In this document: piece by piece, positions 34,620 through 47,744 of the stretch | How the letters are laid out: every line of letters begins with the position of its first letter | How positions within the stretch are numbered: the stretch's first letter is position 1 | NCBI GenBank assembly: GCA_000320545.1 | Contig: ADNK01001167.1 | Coordinates: 1 to 55,775, forward strand | Length of the DNA stretch: 55,775 nt | Source of the DNA: Bigelowiella natans CCMP2755 | Lineage: Eukaryota > Protista > Cercozoa | Reading direction: 5' to 3' | Position numbers and translations under genes: made by a program | Notes under the pieces: model-generated | Database searches by the model: none | Told to the model about the DNA's origin: nothing | Seen by the model: only the letters and a program-made list of their open reading frames with translations

Positions 34620-36450
34620 TTCTCTACTGCTCGACAAACGGTACTTGATTTACTTTCGCATCATGAAGCAAGTTGGTATACTAGTAGTGTACTAGCATAT
34701 TCACTCAGCGTGTTCCACTGTTTGCTGCACGACATGCACTAGCATGTTTGCGGTTCCATGTTGCATTCGCATGTCAGGCGCAGCAGGGTGTCTAGATGTT
34801 CTGGCTGTGCTGGTGTGTCCAGTACACATGTGGCCCATGTCACATCGGCACCGATTGGCTTTGTGAGCGTCTAGACATCAAAAGCATCGATCAGCTTTTG
34901 TGCGCAACACACAATCACAGGACGACATGATTTGCCCAGTGATGAGAATGTCAAATTGAAGCATGTCAAGATGCCTGCTAGCTTAGGACTAGTTGGACTT
35001 GATGAAATTGACTCTTAGACTTCCAGAATGGATCGAACAGACACCTAAAGCTAGTTGTAGCTAGCAATAGTCAAACATTTTGGCAATCGATCACAATTTT
35101 GCGCACATGCAACTAGCTCTAGAGCTAGCTAGACTGATCTAGAGAGGTGGACAATGCTCCATGGAAGCCTGGCTAGCTGGTGGAACGATCGAACCTTGAG
35201 TTCTTCCAGCTAGCCAGTGATCTAATGATGTGTAGATGTCTAGATGCATGCTCTAGTGCTAGCATGCTCTGCTAGTCTAGTCGTAGCTGGCTAGCTGGCG
35301 GTAGCCAGCATGTGCTGGTTTGCCAGATCCAGAGATGCGCACAGCTAAATAGCCGTCTAGCCGTTCCAGCATTCTAGCTAGCTAGTGTTTCGCCGTGTGA
35401 AGTTTTGTCTCGATTGCTACACTAGTGCATGCACCAGCTCTGAGAGCTTTAGCTCTAGAGCTAGCTCGCTAGCTATTTCCAGAGGTGATCTAGCCAGCTA
35501 GTTCCAGAGGTGATCTAGCCAGCTAGCCAGTCCCAGAGTCCACCAGTCTAGCTAGCACCAGAGCAATGTACATCTGAGCAGTGCGTGCTGGCGTATGTCA
35601 AGGATCGCCACCAGTTTTCAGACCTAGCTAGCCTAGCTAGTTAGCCATCTAGCTCCACCAAGCTAGCTAGCTAGCTAGACTAGTTGATGTAGTTTGGTAG
35701 TGATTTAGCCAGTCTAGCAGTCCTAGAGTTCAGCACCAGAGCAGTCCAAGCAATACGTGTTAGCATGTGTGAGGAGGCCTAGCTCCAGAGCTAGCTAGCT
35801 AGAGGCTGAATCCTTTCTCTGGTTCTAGCTTTGCCAGCCAAGCTACAAGCTTCGTCGACATCCGTCTAGCTAGCTAGCTGTGGACGCCTCTAGACCTGCT
35901 CTAGTGCTAGCTCTGGAGCTAGCTAGCTAGCTAGCCTGTGCAAGCTCTAGCTAGCCAGCCTACTAGCCGAGCTAGCGAGCTAGCGAGCCAGACACATCTG
36001 GACATCCTAGCATCTAGACATGTCCAGCTAGCCAGATGTTCGTCATTTGTGGAGCCACGCTAGCACGTCGATCGCAGGGTGTCTAGCTAGCAACGCGTGA
36101 GAAACAGAGAAAGCGCATTTCATTTGCACATCGAAGATTGTTAAAGATGCATCAGTCTAGCTAGCTAGCAGTCTCTGGCTAGCTCCGAGCTAGGTCTAGA
36201 GATCTAGCAGTGCACTTCGATTCTTCGATTTGAAACGGGCATGTTGTGATGCTAGGATACCCAGATTGCGACTTGCAAGCATTGCAAGACAGTGGCTCGT
36301 ATGTTTTTGTGTAGACTGTATCGGATGTAAATGATTAATTGCGCTTACAACATTTGTTCATCAGACAGCATTGTGTACCCAATGTATTTTCCATTCAGCT
36401 CATCGCGGGCTAGATCGATTACTTCTGTGTCACTCATTTTGAGACATTGC
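34620..36450. repeat. CTAG/AGCT-rich low-complexity intergenic block with internal duplications
   Basis: Dense (CTAG)n runs, a 25-bp tandem TTCCAGAGGTGATCTAGCCAGCTAG x2 at ~35477-35526, and no ORF of 60 aa or more in 33943-36488. Confidence 0.75.
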
Positions 36451-36665
36451 GATTGAATTAGATATATTTGTTGATGCTATTTTATTGTCATGAATCAATC
36501 ACATGCTCGCTGCAGATGTCGATTGAATTAGCTAGATTTCGAAATATGACTTTGTAAGCTTGATGTGACACAGATAAAAATGAAGGTTGGATCGTGAAAA
36601 TGAACACCTGACAGTTCAGATAATTTATGCTTCTGAAGCAAAATTCTTTAGTTAAATATTTGAAG

Positions 36666-37490
36666 CTATAGATCCAAGGTATCACTCTCCAAAATATCAT
36701 CATCTGTTACCATCCGATTCAAGTTTTCATCACTCCCAATGATGGTAGATGATCGGGATAGTATGGACCCATATTCTCCACTTCCACGAGTGACAGTGGA
36801 TGATAATGAAGGTGCTTCGGCGTGGTTAGAGTTAAGAATTTCTTCATTATGCTTATCTGTGTTGTTTTGTAAATCCTGTTCGACTGCATCGATCAATTTT
36901 GACGTTCCTCCAGGGGATGTAACAGTAGTAACAGTCGCACTTATATTCAAGGGCGAGGACTTCCGGAAAGTTTGTTGAACTTTATCATTGGAATCAAAGT
37001 AGCTTATTCGTTTCACAGGGGATCCAAATCTGCTCATATCATCGTCTTTTGCATCCTGTGTAAATCATGTATCAGATATTCATAATCTGAAGTCAAACCA
37101 TTCTATTACCCATTCGGTGTCAATCATGTCATCTCCCGTGAAGCTAGCCCTACCAGAATTTCGCCAATGCTTTCCTTGGACACGGGGAGAGTATGTAAAT
37201 TTTATGTTCTTATGGGGCGACATGTATTCATCGATTATTTTATCTTGGTCTCTTATGTCTTCCTCTGACATTGCTGAGCGAATTGTACCAAAACTATGCC
37301 AACTTACATTATCATTTCTAATTTTCCTCCTCCTAACTTCAACAGAAGCACCATCAACAATTCCATCAGAACATTTGAGAAGCGGTCCATCAGTGACAAG
37401 ATGCGCCTTTGCTGTGGCGACTTGTCTCGGCGCTTTCAAGAGGTTTGGATCATCATCCCTCTCTATGCATCTGAAGCATGCTTGTCCCAT
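36666..37490 (-). CDS. Unknown Ser/Asp-rich protein with N-terminal myristoylation/palmitoylation-like motif (MGQACFRC), 2 exons
   Basis: ORFs 37080-37490 and 36666-37037 join through a short GT-AG intron (~37057-37109): ...DTEW|DAKDDDMSRFGSP... Confidence 0.7.
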
Positions 37491-38681
37491 CTCGAACGAA
37501 AACCCGAGGAGTTTGAGCTCTAAATGGACACCAATAGGTTATCTCTATAAATCTAAAATGCATCTAAACTGTGGCCATGTTAGCCGTGAAACGAATCATT
37601 TTCAATCATAAAAAAACGTGAAGCAAATTATTTTCAATTATGAAAAGAAGATACATGGGACACAAGCCTTTACCTTTTGAAGAAAACTTGTTTTTAATGT
37701 TACAGATGTGCCTAGGCCTTTTGAGTACTACTCGATAAAGGTGCACCAGGAATGCGGAATGGAAGCAGTGGAGTTCGATCTATGAAATTGTTTTGCTCCG
37801 AAGTCGACCCGATTACCAACAAGCGACACACGAAAAAGTTATGTCGCATGTGAGAAATCTGAATGTTACATGCGAGGTCTTTTGATGGAATTTGTTCCGA
37901 GTTTGAACAAATGATCAAATCAGGCGAGTCACGTAGCGCGGGTGCGCAGCCGTTTTTCACCCAAACACGTGCCTCTTGCGAGAATTGTTGTGCTTCTGCC
38001 CGCACTTCCTTTCTTTTGCCTGGAGCTTGCTCAATTGTTGCCAAAACAAAAATTCGGCACATGTGAGACTTTCAACGGCTCGATCAAAACCCAACAAGAA
38101 CCCGTTCAACAAACTGCTTGTGTGCAAAGCAGATTCAACGTAACCTTTGCAAAATTCATTCAATGAGTGCATCTGTGAGAGTTTAACACGCGTCAGCACA
38201 CATGCACGCTGTGCAAGTGCACTTTCGCATGCCTTCTATTTTTTCCCAAACGTTTGCACGTTGAAATTATCACTTGAGAGACATGCCAACTAGCTAGCTA
38301 GCCAAGATTGCAAAGAACTGACTTAGTAGCTAGTTAGCCCGCCTCTGCGCATGCCATCAACTCTAGAGCACTCTGGAACTGTCTGGATTTCATGCAAGAT
38401 ACTTCATGGCTCTAAGCGCGTGCATAGCAAAGTGCAGGTGTGACTATACCAAAGATCATGCTAGCATGTAGATGTCTAGATGTGCATCATTGCATGACTA
38501 GATGACACAATTTGACAGCATGCACTAGTGTATGTGTTACATGCGCGTACACGCTCATAGCCTTTATAGTTCTAAGCCGCCCCACCCGCGGATGTCTTAC
38601 CACGTGTGGGCAAACGGGAAAAAATATGTCGTTGTGACTGCTAGACTGGCACATTGAAATCTCGAGCGAGACAGCAGCGCT

Positions 38682-39776
38682 CTATCTGCTGTCATCGCGA
38701 CGGTGGCGTCGACGGCGGTCTCGTTCCCCTCTTCCTTCACGAGATCTGGATCTGTCCCGCCGCCTTCGATCTCGATCTCTTTCTCTATCGCGCTCCTCCC
38801 CCCCCCGCCGGTCTCTGCTGCGCCGGCTCCTTGATCTATCACGGCTTCGATCTCTTCGCCTGCGTTACACCACACGACGACGACGACGACGGCCACAACA
38901 GGCGTAAAATCAGGCTTATTTTTGTCTTTGTTATTTCTAAAAACTGTGGAAGATCGGATATACTAGTATATGCAGGGGCATAAGGCGAGCTGATGATACC
39001 TTTCACGTGACCTGTCGCGGTCGCCCCCCCCTCCTCGGTCTCTATCCCGACGGTGGTCGCTTCGCCCCCGCTCACGCTCCCCACCGTATCGCCTATCAGC
39101 GCTATCACCCTCTTTCCTATCACGACCGTCGGCGCCACCGAATGGTTCTTCCCCGTCCTTGCGGCCTTGGGACAGATCCCACTTTTTAATGCCCTCGTTG
39201 ACCATGCGCTGCATCTTGACCGAAAAGCGCGGAAAGTGCGTATCGAAGTACTTCGTCTCGGTGAGGAGGCTTCGCACGAGCTTCCCGAGCGGCCAACTCA
39301 GCTAACGAACACGCGATGTTGCAGCTTAGGATGGATGTGGCTGTAATTGAAGTCGTGCTGGTTATGAAAGGAGCACTGACCTTGGATATCCGCTCGATGA
39401 TGACTTCCTCGGTCTCGTCGATGTATGGAGACAACCATGCCCACACCCCTTCCTGCGTCCGGGGAGCACAGTATCGAATATACTGTTGAGAACCATGAGT
39501 ATAAACAATAAAGAGAAGGAGGGGGGGATCTCAGGGACCAATAGCAAGCTTCGAGTAGTAGAGATTACTACTGTCAAATGGTGATTCAGTAGTTGCTTGT
39601 TGTATGCGTTTACCCTACTCAATTTCCCTTATCATCCCTTATCATCATCATCTTCCTCCTCCTCCTCTTAACGGTCGTCGCCGTCTGAACTATTACCAGG
39701 AACCCCAAAACCCGAAGATATGGGGATTGCTTCGACTCCACCTAACATCGATAGTAACAACGCCCATCGCAAAAGT

Positions 39777-39818
<42 letters not shown>

Positions 39819-40680
39819 ATTTCTCTTAGTCTAGAAAACAACAGCCGAGCAACGAAAAGAGCATACCAGCATCTCCAGTTGTCTCTCAGTCGGCTTCATA
39901 GTGTACAACTTAACTGCGAATATTCCATGTAGTAAGATTCATCAGACATGGGGAAAAAACCACCATCGATTCGTTGCAGTCGTCAATTATGCAAGCAGGT
40001 ATGGTGGAAGAGGGACCTAGGTGCAGCCACATGCGCGTTGGACGACCCTGCGTTCCGACACCGCGTGTTCCACTGGGAAAACAAGATATAAGTCCTTGAG
40101 GAGAGCTGATAGCGGCTGATTCTTCAGAATTTTGCAGAATCGCCGACATTACTTAGAGGTTAGAAAACAAAACCTGCACATTCCTTTTTTTCTGGTGACA
40201 GTGTGCGTTCCAGAAATCCACGGAGTGCACTCCCTGACCTCCTTGACAGTTTTCTCGCAGAAAGCTTCCAAGGTCTTGTTACAGGGCGACGACAACAAGA
40301 GAAATGGCGCGTTCAGTTCAATACGGGGCAGATGTGGCTATTCTCATGATGCTTAGGTTTCGTACCTTGATATGCGGGAGTTCCTCTCGAAAATACATAT
40401 CTGCCCGGATGTTATTGAACAAGAGCATGTTCATATTCATATTCGTCTCCTCCACCTTGTAGGGTTCTCCCACGATTGTTGGGTCCTGTTTAAAATTGGA
40501 AAGTATTTACGCGTACGTTATTTACGTGTACGTTGGATCTCCATCGCGCTTTACAGGATTCGTGGGCTTGGTATAGGCAGAAACAATAAATGAACTTAAG
40601 TCAACCTGGGCTTCATTTCCCCCGTATCCTCCCTCCATAAGTGTTGCGACCCTTCCCGACTTGTAGTTGTTTCTCACCAT
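38682..40680 (-). CDS. PRPF38B: Pre-mRNA splicing factor 38B-like with RD/RS-rich tail
   Basis: Exons NMNMNMLLFNNIRADMYF, CTPWISG...KGMCS|GTRGVG, KLYTMKPTERQL, SPYLRVLGFL|YIRY, WAWLSPYIDE, LLTETKYFDTHFPR, then RD/RS repeats ending DDSR-TAG. Confidence 0.88.
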
Positions 40681-41291
40681 CCTGGCTTATTGTGACTCCA
40701 AGTTCTCGCTATGTTGTCAAGGCGTTTTCTATTTGGGTCGGCGCTGCAGAAATCTCTCTTCAGGGGGTGGAAGAGTGAGGGTTGCTGCTCCGACTCCACG
40801 CGCCAAAGGAGTCAATTCGAGGAGATATGATTCAGATCTATTGCGAGATTTCTAATTCCCCTAATTCACTTTTAAGCGGTGATATTTTTATTTATTTGGC
40901 GTTATAGCTAAATTAATACATCAAGAAGGTGGTTTTTAGGAAGTATCAAATAGATCCAGTATCCTGTTCCTTCTTAAGAGTTTGCTAAATTTCGCTTTCT
41001 TTACAATTTCTGTAGTCGTTTAATGCGCCTGGCTTGCATTACGGAATATGTGGGTAGAAAGCTATCCAGGCAAATGATATTGGTACTTTCCGGGTCGGTA
41101 GTGTTGTCCAAATTCGAAGGAGAATTGAGTTTTGGCCAAATAGTTTTGAAGAAACAGATATATTTTTTAGTCTGTATCGATATAATAACCAAGAAATATT
41201 TCCGAATTTGTGCAATAAATCCTGCAACAATAGCGACGAGCAGCCCACGTACCCTCCTCTCTCCACCTTTCGTCTTCACCGGGACAATCAT

Positions 41292-42170
41292 ATGAAGAAT
41301 AGGTTTGCAAGCTCTTCGAGCGCCGTCGCCCTGGTCGCCTTAGTAACTTTCGTAAGCGTGCTGTTGGCAACGACGCGTGCGAATAACTATGTTGCAAGCA
41401 CGGGTGCTCGTCCTCGAATACATTCAACTCCATCGAGGGCAAGGGCATTGAGATGCAACAATGCCGTTCCGCGCACACCCGCCCGCCGACGTGGATTTAT
41501 CAGCGCTTTAGGGGGTACTACAACCCTGTTTGCAGCGAACCTCGCCCCATCCTCGCACGCAATCTCTGGTGGCGGAAAAGGATATTCAGGGTACACAATC
41601 GAGGGTGAAGACTTCTCCGGGAAGCAGCTGGTGGGAGAGGAGTTCAGAGGAACGATGGCAAAAAGGGTTGCTAAGTTAAAACTAGAACAGTTTTATAATT
41701 CTTTGAGTTCAACTCCGGTCTCGCGTCCGTCTCACCGTTTGTCCTTGTTCATCCCACAGGTGAACTTCAAAGGAGCAAACCTTGCGGTAAAAATTAGTTT
41801 AGGGAGTGCGTGCCATTGGATCCCGCAAATAACGGGAAAATGAATACATTTCACTGGAATTGAAAAAGAAAATCGATGAATTCTTTTGAAGGCTTTATTG
41901 TACACGTCTCATGTAGTAGTACACAATCTTCCCTCAGTACAAGCATCCCTTTTCAAGATTACCCAGAATGAATCACGTTGAATTGTCAAATGCCTCCCCT
42001 CGCTCGCATTTCAGCATATTGTATTTCTTCTTTTCTTAACTTAGAATGCGCAATTCCAAAAGGCTGACCTTCGCTATGTCGATTTCACGGGTCAGGACAA
42101 TTCCATAACATTATGATGATGTTGATGATAAAGTGGAGAAGGGAAGATGAACACCTCTCCCCACCTCCCC

Positions 42171-42212
<42 letters not shown>

Positions 42213-43051
42213 TCATCTTCACACACACACACACACACACACACATGGGCAGTGCGTGGAGAAGCAATATGCGTACTGTTTTATACTATGTCAGGTGCTG
42301 ATCTTACCGGCGCTGCTCTTGAACAATGCACGCTTGAGGGTACTTACTTAATATAATTGATAACCTTCGAGTGGAGAGTTAAGTTGGGCAAGTAAGCAAC
42401 TCGCTTCCTGACTCTTATCGTTCCCTTCTAAGCCTGTACTAACCCGTCTTAGACGGAAAGCACTTTACACCTGTCTCATCTCCGTGTAATTTTATCGAAG
42501 GTGCAATCTTCAAAGACACAATATTGGAAGGAGCATATCTGGGAGAGCCTATTCTTCAGGTACAAAGGAGTATACAACCATGTGTCAATTTTTCGTAGGA
42601 AAAATTGCACAATGTCGTAATGAAGGGGAGGATCTCATGACATATCTGTCACGAGAAATATTTCATAACAGTACAATCAAATAAATGAAGAGAGAGGGGA
42701 GGAGACAGAGGTAGAGAAAGGGTTTCAAACATCCTCTCAAAGACGCAGTTAAAGGGGAACAAACGATCGCATCCATTCAGGCTGAAACTATCGAGGGCTC
42801 AGACTTTACAGATGCTGTGATTGCTTCGTCCTTTACGCAAAAAGAGCTTGTAAGGCTTTGACAACAACATCCCCAAAATGCAGAACTTTAATTCAAATCA
42901 CTACATGTGATAGACAGACACACGCACTAAGTTCGGTGAATGCTACGATTTATTGTTACGTATTTGAATTTATAATCTACCACAGTGTAAGAGGGCCAAG
43001 GGAACGAATCCTACCACTGGAGTATCGACAAAGGAGTCTCTTGGGTGCTGA
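41292..43051 (+). CDS. Thylakoid-lumen pentapeptide-repeat protein with tripartite targeting leader
   Basis: Signal peptide, Arg-rich transit-like stretch and twin-Arg lumen signal (RRRGFISALG...SHA). Mature part ISGGGKGYSG; pentapeptide exons (VNFKGANLA, ADLTGAALE, DFTDAVI); C-terminus CKRAKGTNPTTGVSTKESLGC*. Confidence 0.9.
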
Positions 43052-43409
43052 TAAATTTCGCATTTTAAAGAATCGTTCTATTGTGTGTTTCCTTTTGTTA
43101 GTACAAAACCATGCCGGAGTTTAATTAGTCGAGCTCTGATTTGTGATTCTTCGCAGAATCATATCTTGCTAACATAGCTTACGCATGTTGCCAAACTGAG
43201 ATTCCTACTACTTTTATTTGCTACTACTTTTGTGCTAGCTCCGCTGATTGATACCCAAGCACGGCAGTATATAGGCAGAGACATAATCTAGACAGGATGC
43301 GCTAGCTAGCTAGCTAGTGCGCATGCAGCAACACACATGCTCGCTAGCTATACTATGGCATGCGGCGGTTGTTTTTAATATTGCAATGCCCGCCATGCCA
43401 GGACACACT

Positions 43410-43442
<33 letters not shown>

Positions 43443-43485
43443 CTAGACTCGCTCACATATTTAAATAACGTACACAAATAAACAA

Positions 43486-43534
<49 letters not shown>

Positions 43535-43538
<4 letters not shown>

Positions 43539-43763
43539 AGACGGCACAAACGAACAAAAATTAACTCGCAAAACTGCGCGCAATCAAAGCACGCTAGCAC
43601 GACATGCTAGCAGACCAGCCCACAATGCATTTTTTATGCATGCAACATGTGACCAAGGAAACGAACAGATACAATTTAAGCGCTGTAGCTGCTACATTGC
43701 ATAGCTACATTATTAGGATGACCATTGAAAAAATTTAAAGCATTTCATTACATCCGTCTCATA
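43535..43763 (-). mobile_element. Second copy of the GAGACGG MITE-like family (TIR TATGAGACGG/CCGTCTCATA)
   Basis: Reverse complement reads GAGACGGATGTAATGAA...AAATTTTTTCAATGGTCATCCT...ATGTAGCTATGCAATGTAGCAGCTACAGCGCT...ATCTGTT, aligning with 27906 onward. Confidence 0.7.
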
Positions 43764-44116
43764 TGTATGAGACGGACTAGCTATAAAGCCTTGCTAGCTT
43801 GCAAGTAGCGGATTTATATATGGACATATATATGTCCCTATATATACGGACATATACGTCCCTATATTTAATGCATGATTTGCTAGATTGATTATAAATC
43901 TCGTTTTTCGCCAATTTTCTGATGTCATTGCGATGCGCGTGGTATGCATGATAGCTGGCATGTCTGACTCACCGGCAAGATTCTAGGTGTTTGTATAGGT
44001 ACGACAGCACGTGTGTTGCCCTTATCTATTATTTTGAGCATTGTTCAGCTAGCGCTACGACCCTGAATGTCACAGACGCGTTAAATAACAACATCAGGGC
44101 ATATATTTTGATACAA

Positions 44117-44788
44117 TTATTTCTTGGTGAATTGGTTGAAGAAGTGCTCTGCTACATTTCGCCCTCTCGAGTTTACTTTTAGACGGAGATCGGAGATCTC
44201 ACTATTAATTTCCTGGATGAATGTGACGATGAAGTCTACAAGCTTATCTCTCCACATTTTCTCCGTGTGGAAATGAGTGATAAGGAATGAAACGTCGTAA
44301 CCCTGATGCATATGAACATAATAAGTAAGGTAAAGACAAGTATCCAATATCGCAAATCCTTTTACCGGCATGGCCTTGCGTCTGAGAATAACAAAGTCAT
44401 CGGCACGCATTTCAAGGAAAGAAGAGAAACGCTTCACGAGGATGCCCTCCATAGTGTCCATCTGCTTAATCTTGATACTGATACGAAGCGCATTAATGGA
44501 ACCTTCTATCTTTACGGCCTCCTTGTCGCTCTTTGCAACAACAACTGGAGCTAGAAGCAACTCCTTAGCCCACCTATATTTAATGAGAAAACGATTAAAA
44601 ACAAACAGGTATTTCGAGTTACTTTAGGAATAAATAAAAGGCTGTTCTTACTGTGTCTCCACCGCAGGCTTGTTATGCCGCTCTACGACTTGTGAAGGAA
44701 AGTTTCGTACACAAATTGCAGCAGACAATGTTGCCTTAACTGCTTTAAGGTAGGGGGTAATTTTTCTCTCCTTTGCCGCACCAAGCAT
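44117..44788 (-). CDS. ARPC4: Arp2/3 complex subunit 4 (p20-Arc)
   Basis: [86 protein letters not shown]; short GT-AG introns. Confidence 0.96.
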
Positions 44789-45581
44789 CCTATAAAAATA
44801 ATAATTCAATATCGCCATTTTGCACTCAAATATCTCTTGGACCAACAACCCTCCCACTCTTACATCTCTTCATTGTAAGCCCTAGCCATTTTACAATAAT
44901 CTATACATGGTATTTCAATGATGTAACTGCAACTAAAATATACTTTGTAACTCTTGTAATTGGAGGCTAGGGGGAGCAGGATATTGGTCGAGGGCAGGAC
45001 TAGCTTAGTTTCACGACGAAATATGAATCATAATCTGCTGCATGATTGTTACTTTGAAATCATAAAATAATGACTTTTTTTATTGTAATTTCCGAAATAT
45101 CTTGTCGTATTCAAATTTAATACGGCATCTAGTATCAAAGACCTGTCGCAGCAAATTTGAAAATCTCCTTGTAGTCGGAGAAGATTTCGCGGTGGAAGCT
45201 TCGAAATCGTTGAATAATTGGGGTTTTCTTTCTGCGTCAGATGTATTTGGGGAAAATAGTCTAGATGGAGGTATGAAGGATGCTGGAATCAATTCCATTT
45301 TCTTAGTAATTTCCCCGATGGCTAGTAGATCTAATTCCGTCCTGGAAAAGCAAACTCCCTTCCCTTTTACGGCCGAATGACGCACCTTTTATTTACGCAG
45401 GAGAATATACCGATAAATATTCCCCAGTCTCTTGATTTTTGGGGAAACATTTTAGGAACATATTCATAGAAAATGCTGGCAATTTTCTTCCTGCGTCAAG
45501 ATTCTATGAGGGATCCCACAGCACCGAAACGGTATTTGTGCACAGCAGGCATGGCATTGTAGTAACCCCCATTTTTATGTG

Positions 45582-46234
45582 ATGCCAAGCTTACTGTGGC
45601 GCTTTGTGGCCGCCCTCGCCACGATAGTGGCGATAAGGCCAGAAGAAGGAAAGGATGCATTTAAAGCGCGTGCACGGAAAATTCGCTCGCAGAGAGTAAG
45701 CGCCCGAGGCCGTAATCCAAGCGCCACACCCCATGAATTCCATTTGGGGGATCGTCGTCCTATCGACATTCATGTGAGCCCGAATCCCCTGCCAAAGATA
45801 AAATCATGGAAGGACGACAATAGAAAGCGCTTTGAGACGCTACAGCAAGCGAAAACATTTATAATTGACCTCGCAATGGACGCAACAGCGACCAGCCGGG
45901 TCCGCAGAGTGAACATCCACCCTGGAACGTACGAGCCACTAGCCCTTGACCATGCGGCGCTCTCGGGTGTAGAATGGCGTGGAACCTCACAAGATACTCA
46001 GAATTTCCCTGTTATATCCGGGGGGGTTCGGGTCCCAGTGTCAAGATTTCAGCCTTGGCCCAGCAACCCAGCGGTAATGGTAGCGAGTCTTCAGGGGCTC
46101 CACGCTACCGATTTGGGTTCCATGCAAGTCAACTACAACTGCGTGGATGGCTGTCAGAACGACAAGGTTGGCTTGGTTCTCGATGGCGAGCCAATGACGC
46201 TTGCTCGCTGGCCGAACAAGAAAAGCAGAGAATC

Positions 46235-46269
<35 letters not shown>

Positions 46270-47744
46270 ACATCGACACGTGGGTGTGGCAGCACGCCGA
46301 TGCCATGCTGAATGACACCGATGTTGGATTCGCAATGAACGTATCGAAGACCCCAGACGCAGCAAGAATAGGACAATGGAAAACTGAGAAAGACCCCTAC
46401 ATCCACGGTTACTTCTCTTGGGACTGGGCAGATTGCTATGCTAAGATCACTTCCATCGATTATGAGGCCAACGGCGACGACATGATCCGTTTGAAGTATG
46501 ACGGAGGGGCGACGATCAAACCATGGGCGCGATGGATAGGCGTTAACCTCTTCGCAGAGTTGGACGCAGAAGGAGAGTTTTACATCGATAGTGCCGCTCA
46601 GAAGCTCTACTTCTACCCTCCCGGGAAGAAGCTGAGCAGCAGCTCGGTCGTAGAGCTGATGTACCAGAGGGGCGGGGTGGTGAATGTCACAGAGGCCGTC
46701 AAACATGCGACGCTCTCGCGCTTGGAGATTCGTAGTGGCCGACAGGTGGGGCTCCATGCAAGCGGGGTGAGCAACCTGAGCGTAAGCCAGCTTGTAGTGC
46801 ATGCCGTGGGAACGCACGGAATCGACATGACCCAAGCAAAGGCTAGCACTATACGAGACTCTATGGTTTACGACACTGGGTGCTCCGGCATTCGTGCGAC
46901 GGGGGGGAACGCCTCAAAGCTCGAGAAGGGCGGTCTCATAGTCGAGGGCAACACCGCACATCACGTGGCCTTGTGGAAGCGAACGTACATGCCCGGCATT
47001 TACTGGGGTGGCGTCTCCAACATTTATCGCAACAACACCGTTGTGTACTCCCCTCACAACTGTTTCTTAGGGGGGGGTGACTTTGAGGACGGGGTCGATA
47101 ACCTGTTTGAAGGCAACCTCCTTTCAGACTGCACGTTCGAGACAATTGACTCTGGCGGGTTTTACACCAATGGTCTTTTCGCCACCGCCTTCACGAATAG
47201 AGGCAACGTGCTTCGCGGCAATACCTTCCGAAGGATTCAGAATACAGCGGGAACAGGCGTCCAGGTTGCATCAAATCAAGCAGTCTACTTAGATGACGAG
47301 ATGTCCGCGTGGGTCGTCACTAACAACACGTTCATCGACTGCCAAGTCGGGGCGTTCATTGGCGGGGGGCGTGAAAATCGCGTGACGCACAATCGGTTCG
47401 TGCGCTGCGGAACAGTGCAGCACCTGGACAACATTGGGATGCTTGTGCAAAAGGACTTCAACAACTGCTCCCAGGTTGCGCCGCCGTTCCAGACAAACTG
47501 CAACCCAGGCGCTGCGGAATGGATGGTCACCCGCTCCATCGCCTCCGGCGAATGGGCAGAAGCCTTCCCCACAATGGTCAACCTGTCTCGCAACCATCCA
47601 GGCATGCCAGCACACAATGAAATCTCTTCGAATTCGTACTGCAACTGCTCGGAGTTCATGAATCCGTTGCCAGACGGGGCTCCACAGACGTGGCTCACCA
47701 ATGTGAGTGACAACGTTGAAGACACTAGCTGCTACATGTACTAG
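45582..47744 (+). CDS. Secreted right-handed beta-helix protein (pectin-lyase fold, GH141-like), intronless
   Basis: Signal peptide; motifs PGTY, ISGG, LARWPN, N...ELDAEGEFYID, DSGGFY, VYLDD..S; repeated 'V.GN/NN' beta-helix turns; a poly-Asp tract from (GAT)n. Confidence 0.85.

Noticed and set aside
37712-38199. Overlapping 67-116-aa ORFs upstream of the MGQAC gene
   Set aside because: No motifs; more likely promoter or 5' UTR sequence.
46041-46835. 264-aa minus-strand ORF and other antisense ORFs over long CDSs
   Set aside because: Shadow ORFs of GC-rich coding sequence on the opposite strand.
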